Origin: Octopus bimaculoides
Lineage: Eukaryota
NCBI RefSeq assembly: GCF_001194135.2
Contig: NC_068999.1
Coordinates: 47,323,571 to 47,387,570, forward strand
DNA: 64,000 bases
Reading direction: 5' to 3'
Position 1 is the stretch's first letter; each line of letters begins with the position of its first letter. Below the pieces are notes generated by a model that made no database searches, was not told the DNA's origin, and worked only from the letters and a program-made list of their open reading frames with translations. Positions 50,001 to 59,100 of the stretch are shown piece after piece. A program made the position numbers and the translations under genes.

Positions 50001-53000
50001 ATAAAGAAGTACTGATCACTTAATTTGGATGGAGCTTGCAGAAAAGGGGAGACCCAGGAAGGCATGAGACAAACTGGTGAAGGCTGATCTTGGGACCTTG
50101 AACCTAATGGTAGAGGAAATGACAAAGGAGCAGGATGATTGATGGTTTACATTTCTCCAGAAGAACCCGCCCATTTTGGTGAAACTGAGACTTTGGAAGC
50201 ACAATATGTATCATCATTTAACATCTGTTTTCCATGTTGGCATGGGTTGGACAATTTTTTAAGGAGCTGACAAGCCAGAGGACTGCACCAAGCTCCACTG
50301 TTATGGCATGGTTTTACAGCTGGATACTGTTCCTAGTGCCAACCATTTTACAGAATGGCCTGGGTGCTTTTTTATGTGGTACCAGTGCTGATGAGGTCTG
50401 TTTTGGCATGATTTTTACAGCTCGATGCCCTTCCAAATGCCAATCACTTTATATAGGGAACTGAATGCTTTTTATGTGACCCCAGCTGTTCATTGCAAGC
50501 AATTCATTTACTAAGCATTATGATGAACCTAAGAATAGTGAAAGTTGAGGAAACACCACCAGTGCTGCACATGCTTATTAAGCATGATCCTGAAAATGAT
50601 GATGATGATGGTAAATTCGAATGGAAATATTAAACCAAACTTGGACATAAAACATTTATGCATAACAAGCTAATCTCTTACATCAACACATAATGCACTG
50701 GCAAATTAATAATTAGTTATTTGCCATTAATGTGAAAGCTTAGCAGAATGGACACCAGAAATTGCAGTTGTATAGAGATATGATAGTTTTAGACTGGCAG
50801 CTGCAGTAAAGAATCCGTTGAAATAATGCCATTTCTATACATTGGTAATAATAATATCATGATTCTATAAATGCTGAATGCCATTGAATAATGGTCCAGT
50901 GGATGATGTTGACAATCAACACTGTCATCTTACTTGAGCATTAAACATTGTATTTTCAAGTTTTACAAGAATTGTTTGGTTTTCTAACCATCTTCAATAT
51001 AAATATTATTGGCTCTTTTAACTTAGCATTAAACTTTGCTTCAACTGGATCGTGTTGATGGTTAAAACCCTTTTCGTCATTTTCGTATTTTATCACTGCA
51101 CTGGGCACAGACAATGAGGATGACAAAAATCAATAATCAACAAACGAAAAATAGACCATTTGGAAAATCAATAACTTTTTAAAAATTAAAAAATTAATAG
51201 TTGCTGGTGATGACAGCTTGAGAAAAGTATGGTTATTATTAATGAAATATTTGTACTGACTTTAGGAATCCTATTTGATCATTTGACAGGAAATTTTGTT
51301 GAAGCAGCTTCTACCAAACTGTTCCACATAGTAAAACCACTAATGTTTTTGTAGTATATGGAAAGAATTATCATTTGTGGGATAGCATATGAATTTATTA
51401 ATAAAGCATTGACTTCTGTACTTGGGGTGGTGGGTTCGAATTTGATGCAGACTTAATTCCCAGATATATCAGAAGGGCTTTGTTGTTGGAGCATTATTTT
51501 GAAAAATACAATTTCAACAAGGATGGATGAAGAATTGGTTGAGGAATCTCAGAAAATATAACGCTGGAACTTTGAACTCTTGAATTAAATTCATCAATAA
51601 TGACATGAAGGAATATTAATGTTTAGTTGTAAACTGAACGTTGTCATCAATTTTCCAGTTCACATACATCTGAGACATTTGTGCTGATGAGAAACTTGAC
51701 CCACAAAGAAGCTTACTGAGATTGTGAAAGGACAGCCCTAACTTCATGGATGCAGAAATAATTCCAGACAATAATAATGGGGTACATCTTTATTTCCAAA
51801 CATTTAACTGAAGACTTCAATATGCACTGCATCGATTTCCGGTCTTCAGGCTTTTGTTTTGTCAGTTAATCGTAGACATGAGTATTTGGCCCCTTTCTAT
51901 TGGAGTCAGTAAAGGACACAATATTGCTAATGTAGTTGGGCTGAATGAAAGTTGTACCTAATCGAGAGTTGATAGTTTAGATGATCTATTTTAACCTATA
52001 GAAAAATACATACCATTTAGTGATAGTGAGGACTGCTATTTTTGTCATTATTGGTAGGTTATCTGCTTTAGAGGTATTGCTTTGTTTTAAAATGTTACAA
52101 GGATAAATGCAATAGTTACTGTATGCCGATTAATAGGTTTTTGTCTTTAAGAAATAGTTTTTACTTTCTAAAGAAAAATAATAATTTTTTTTTTTTTTTT
52201 ATTCAGGGTCAGGTGCCTTTCATTTTTGTAGGAACTGTAGAAAGCATAAGCAATGCAAAGCTTCTATTAGAATTTCATTTATCGCATTTAAGGGTAAGTA
52301 TATTTGTTAATACTATTACTACAGAATTGTGTTATTTTAAAACTCAAGATTTTGTCGTTTGAGATAGGATAAGAAATCATTTCTCAGCATGAATCTTAGT
52401 CTCTAACAGTTGTTGGACTGTCAAATAAGTCTTTTGGTCCAAGGACTGACTGAAACAAAAGACCAATAGTTTTTTTTGTTTTTTTTTTTTTCCAAAATTT
52501 GATTCTGATATTAGCAGTGTTATTTGGTCTTTGTGGAATTCTACAGTATGGGAATTATTACATTTAGAATTATAGAAAATTGAATGTGAAAGAAAAAGAC
52601 TAACTACATTTTTTTTTTTTAATTGCTTAGTAGTTAAAGATGGAAGGGCTGTGTTCATAGCCCTTTGAGGGTTTTGCTTAGGCTGGTGGGAGGAAGTTAT
52701 TCAGAGACTTAGTCTGAATGCTTGCAGTAGAGTAAACTTTGCTAAAAGAATCCAAAGCTTGGTGTTCTTAAACTAGGTGAGGCTCTTGAACTAAATATAA
52801 TTTATTTTTTAAGTTTCAGAAAATTGTAGAACATAAAATAAATACTAGAATGTGTAAATTTTGTTGAAGCAAATCATTAACTATAACAACACTTCTTTAA
52901 ATTGAAAAATGTCATTAATTGTAAACCATTCAGTTTTGATTCTTGAAGTGATGCCATCTCAGTTAATGGTAATTTATAATTTCATTTTAGGAAGTGGAAC

Positions 53001-56000
53001 AGTTACGGCAAGAAAAATTAGAAATTGATCAACAGCTGAAGAATTTATCAGGTCCCCAACAGAGCCCCTACTATCCACCATCAAGGGAAAGAAGGTGGGT
53101 TCATAAAAATTGTATTTCATGTTTGCATTGATGTTGTAACACTGAATATCATCTTCATTTTTTTAAAGACAAATGGATTTCCATTAATGAGATTTGAGGG
53201 CAATTCTAGTATAGGTCTGGTTATCTGTTGGCACTGTATATTGACCCCTGAGCTCATGTTTGTCCATCAGAGCAACAAGGACTATCTAGTTATCCAAGGA
53301 GGACTGATAACTTGTGTGGAGTTGTGCAACCACACTCTCCCACTGGTGACCATCTTCAATCCAGTGGTTAGACCAGGTCAAGATGACGGAGGATGGAGGC
53401 AGATGACCAAGATGTCTTACTTGCTTCATCTTGTTCTTCGTTCTCCGCAATGCATTGTTGCAGCCACTGAACCATGAAGCTTCACCTGCAGAATGCACCA
53501 AATCTACTCTTCACATGCATGGGTAGGTAAGCCCCAATATGCTAATTAACCCATAGCTGGGACCTTGGCATGTGCTATTACTCCGAATTAGAGTAGACTT
53601 TGGAACAATAATGGCTAAGAGATAGCTCCACATTCATCAAAACCTAGAGCTACTGAATTAGTTTCACGACCAAATGGAGTTTAAGGTCATACCCAGGAGT
53701 CCATACCCTGCACCCCTGAGCTTTGGAGGTAGTGTCAACTCTGTTAGAATACATGTTTATTGTGGCATTTGAGTAGCATAAGAATATTCTGTCTTGTGAC
53801 CAGTGACCTTTTTTGGTTACCAAAAGAATGTCTCTTTCTCTACATGACCAACCTACTTAGTTTGACATCAAAAGAAATGCTCAGTGTGAAAATAGGCTTG
53901 AAAAGGTCTCACAAGGGAGATGGCAAGCAAGGAAAAGCTGCAATACATATAAATTGGTCAGTAATGCAGGTTTCTTGTATATAAAACTAGATCGTGATGC
54001 AAACCTCAAGTGACATGAAAGAGTGCCAACAAAAGTGGCTGTTCATCATGACTGTATTAACCTCAGGAATAAGGATTTTGAATTGGCATCAATTCAGATT
54101 GATCTGTGATCCTGTTGTGGTTAATCAACCATAAAGCTTGAGTCAACTGAATCATTTTTACTATGTCAGGTTGGTAAGATGTAGCTTTAAACACCTTAAT
54201 TTGGCTGTTGAGTCTTGTTTATATAAGCTGCATAGTGGTCAATGATCCAAAGAATCCAACTAAAAGACCTTAACCATTTAATGTTTAGATTACTCTGTCA
54301 AATCTTATGCTTATGTTTTTTTCACGTTGCTTTTTAATTATCTTGCATTATCTCATAGCTTTGAAATTTCAATGATGTGATTGTTTATTTTTTACAATTG
54401 AGTAGGTGTGTGAGGCTGGATGGGCAAATTTGAACATAAATCAAGTAGAATATTTGGGTCAGATATGGTCAATTTAAATGCTTAAAAATTAGACTCGCAC
54501 TAAATACTATGATTTTCCTTGTTTGCTCCTACAGTTAAATTCTTAAATATAACCATACATAAAATATAATGTGATTATGCATTGTATCAGTTGATCGTTA
54601 ATATATAATGTGATGAAACTGTTATGGTGTTTAATTGAGCAAATGATGACAATCTATTCTGAAAATTAGGACATTGAACTACTATTTCTAATGCTATTAA
54701 CCCTTATCTGTTTCTTTAACTTTTTCCATGGAAAACAGCTTCATAGAAAATGTTTATAAATATACTCTGATATTCCTTAACACCAGTTTGAAAAATTAGC
54801 TCACCGCATTTAATCTGAGGTATTTTTTGTCCAGGATCACTGCAATAAACAAAGTGTGTGGGGAATTAATAAGTCTAAAACAGCATTTGATTGTTGTTTT
54901 GGGTTTACCAATTCCCTTCATTGTTGTTGAGATATACTGAATTCATAAATATGTGTGTCTTTGTTTTGCATGCACCTCAGCCCAACCAGTTGAGCATATG
55001 TAATTACTACTTGGGGTTAGTAATAGTTAAGAGCATGGGCTACCAAGATTCCGGGTTCAATACCGGGCAGTGCCTTGAATAATTAATAATAATAACATCA
55101 GCAAAAAATACCTTAAGAATGAGAACCCAGGGTTGGGTTCAAAATTCTATCGGGACACCTGATGAAGGCTGGAGAGTAAATCAGCCGAAACGTAACAACA
55201 AACAAGATGAAGACACATATCCGTCCAATGTAAATAATGGACAGAATTCTTCATCTCTAAAATATAGAACAGTATGAACATTTGGTTCTGATTAGTAAGG
55301 CTTAAGTCACAGATGTGTCAAAGATAAAGCCCTTAGCTCAGTAAAAGAGCCTTTTCAATTTTGAGATCGGAATAGAAGTTGTCCTGCTATTGTTGTCTGA
55401 AAGTCCAGATATGCTGAGGTAAGGCATCCTAGTTGTGAGAATCTCCAAGAGAGTAAGGCTTATGTGGAAGGGTTGTATCCAATCTATGGTGTTATGGATA
55501 ACACAGTATGATCACGTTTCAGTTATTACTATGATGGGTTTTCCTGTTTATCCACCCAGGGGCAGTAATGACCCATATAATGATGAAAGAAGGGGCCGTG
55601 GACCACCAATGCGTGGAGTCAGGGGCATGAGCCGAGTAGGTAGACGCTGGGCAAATGAACGACATAGTGGAAATAATCAAGGTAAGTGGGACATTGAATT
55701 TGTTTGAACCTTTTGGTTTTTACTCGTATGATGTTTGCATTGGATATTTAAATAAGACATTTCTTGCTAGTTTTTAATTTGACCATCACCTTATTGCATG
55801 TCACAGAAATGCAGATACTACTTTGAGTTCCCATGTTAACTAGGTAAAGGTTCTTGATGGACATTGGACAGGCAGGGGTAAGCAACTGGTAGTCAAGACA
55901 TGGCAATGCGGGCACTCAGACTCTTTTACTTGTTTCAGTCATTTGACTGCGGCCATGAAGGAGCACCACCTTTAGTCGAGAAAATTGACCCCAGGACTTA

Positions 56001-56099
56001 TTCTTTGTAAGCCTAGTACTTATTCTATCTGTCTCTTTTTGCCGAACCGCTAAGTTACGGGGAAATAAACACACCACCATCGGTTGTCAAGTGATGGTG

Positions 56100-56137
<38 letters not shown>

Positions 56138-59100
56138 CGACAGGCTTCTTTCAGTTTCCGTCTACCAAATCCACTCACAAGGCTTTGGTCGGCCCGAGGC
56201 TATAGTAGAAAACACTTGCCTAAGGTGCCACGCAGTGGGACTGAACCCAAAACCATGTGGCTGGTAAGCAAGCTACTTACCACACAGCCACTCCTGCGCC
56301 TATATATTAACTGAGAGAGGATGTGTGACATGTTCACACAGATGGCCTGTATGCATGGCCTCAGTAGGATCAAGAGGAAGAAGACCTGCAAGAAAGCAGA
56401 CCCATTCAAGAGATGGTCTTCTTGTATATTATGGCCCATGTTCTTGTTTCATGATATTACTAGTTGCTTTGTACTATTTGAAATAAACTTTTGGTTATCA
56501 GTTTACTTTGACATGATGCACTTGTGTCACTGATGCTTGCCTTGTCAATGCATTTGGTCATCTTTGGCTTTTGTAGGATATCCCCTAATTAAAACTTCAT
56601 AGTCGTTATTTGAGAAACTTCTTTCAGTTATCTCCTAATTTAAATCTTCACTGTTGTTAGGTTTTACCAGTGTCTGGTAAACGATGAACCCCAAACAAGG
56701 TTCTCTATCTCAGACTGTTATAGGCTCTTCAAAGTACCATTTACATAACTTAAAATTAGATTCACATCTACATGCTTTCTTTTTAATGTGTTTTTTGAAG
56801 AGTTTCTAACTAGGAGACGCTGGTTCAAAACTATAGTTATTAGGACTTGTCTCACTTTTCAGATGTGAATTTTTAAGCCAGTTTCTAACAGACAGGTTTG
56901 TTATTCATTCTTGGTATTGTTTATGAAAGATAAATCTTATTTCCTTTATTTATTTATCTTTTAACCATTTCTGTTGTATATATTCTGGTGTATTTGTATT
57001 GTAGATTAATATTGATCATTTTACTGAGTTTTTCTCTTCTGTTATTTTTGTTTGTCAATGGAGTTTTCTTGTATTATTACTATTTGCAAGTAACTGTGTC
57101 AGCTTTTTTTTTTAGTCTGTATGTAACTTATAATGACACGTTATTCTGAAGTTAGTGCATTCTTATTTTCCAACCTATTTTTGTTGACTTCATGCAAAAT
57201 CATTATTATTATTATTTAAGGCAGCAAGCTGGTGGAATCCTCATCACACCTAGCAAAATTCTTAGCATTTCATCCATCTTTACGTTCAGAGTTCACCAAG
57301 TTCAACTTGGCCTTTGGTCCCTTATGGGGTTGATAAAATAAGCACCAGTTGAGCACTAGGGTCAATTAATTTATCCCTTCCCTCAAAATTGCAGGCCTAG
57401 CTTCTATGGCTGGATACCCTTTCTGATGCCAACCACTTGAAAGTATATATTGAGTGCTTTTTGCATGGCACCAGCACCAACGGGGTCACCAGGTTACTTG
57501 CAAGACAAGATCCCTCAACTGTCTTTGCTGTCTGGACTTTTCATAAATGATGCAAGGAATGATATTGGCCTCTGAGCTGTTGATCAGTTAATCACCTTAA
57601 GATTTTAAACTTCCAGATGATTTCAAAATAACACCTTGTGAAAATATTTATCCAAACTACAATATTTGTGAAAGGAACTATTATTGACATGTCTTATTTC
57701 TAATCTCATTGAATTTTAACTGATTATCTTTTTTTTCATACAAGTTCTTTCTTGTTGGAATTTTTAACGAGAAATTGATGAGAGTTGTTTGGGCTGAATA
57801 ACTTTGTAAAATGTTAGAAAAAGAAACCTAGCTATTTTTTGGAATACATACATCTAAAGATTCTTCTGCCATTGTATTTGTCTGTTTTATCATGTCCATT
57901 GTTCTCTTTTAAAGGTGATGACCCATTATCTCCTCGTCCTATTTCCGACTGGTCAGCAGAGGTAGTGGAAGAAGAACGTCGGCAAGCTGGGTATTTAACA
58001 GATAGCGTATTAAGTGGTCGAGGACGTGGCTTCAAACGAGGAAGGGGTCGAGGGCGTGGAGGAAACAGTAATTCTGCAAGGGATTCAGGTAAGTTAACGG
58101 GGACAAAACCCGAATTTAAAACGCTGGATGATAATGATATATATTGCTTTTCTAGAAGTTGTAAAAGAATTATAGACTGGTTTATTGTTACTTAGGCAGC
58201 ATAAAGGCAATTTCAGAAAGGAGCAGCGTCATCAAATATATCAACCTCAACATTATTTAGGCTAGCAGTTAGTCCTGAATCCTATTTCAACCATTGTGTT
58301 GTCCCTCTGATTCCTAGCTCCAGTTGGTTTCACTCCTTAAAAACTGTAGTAAGTTTGCATCAACATATTTAATGCCTGGAGAATTATAAAAAAAATAAAA
58401 ATTTTAAAGACTAATTAGAAACAAAAAGATACTATGAAGTGTTTTACATTTTTTGATTTTTATACACAGATGTTATCTTTGAATTAATGTATGAGGACTT
58501 GGGTTCTGCGCTTGATTGCTAGTTGAGTGGGCAGCAACTGAAAGGCTATTGCTCTTCTATAAAAAGACCATCTCATTGTATGCAAGAATGGGTGTGTAAA
58601 TTAAGTTGCTAATGACTTGGTCTTTGGATTCATATATGGCACATTTTCACTCCAGCCTTTATAGAGTTGCAATTATGCAATTCTACAAAGCCTGTAAGAA
58701 AACGTGTGTGGTGTCACTTCTTATATTAAACTCACTTTAATACAGTAAATTACTTGCAACTCACTCCCCTCAGGTTGATGAAGAGACATAGAGGTGGAGT
58801 GATATTTATTGTTGAAATGTCAAACAACACATTCTCATCTTCTTAGCCCTGACCCAATCTTCCCTAGTTTTCCTCGTGTTTTCAACATTTACATAACATT
58901 TTTCCACTTAGCTAGCATATGTAATTTGTTTTCATGGCTTCTTCATTCTAGTTTAGTCTTAGCTCATTAACCATTATTTTAAATAGTCAGTTGCTTTCAT
59001 TTATTTACAATTAACTTTTATTTCCAACAAGCCATAATTAAATTAATTCTCTCCAATCACACTAGATCCTCTTCTGAATTCATTGCCAAATGATATCCTC

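Noticed and set aside
51686-51700. CTGATGAGAAAC, hammerhead core strands adjacent to each other
   Set aside because: No stem II or linker and no stems I or III; consistent with chance.
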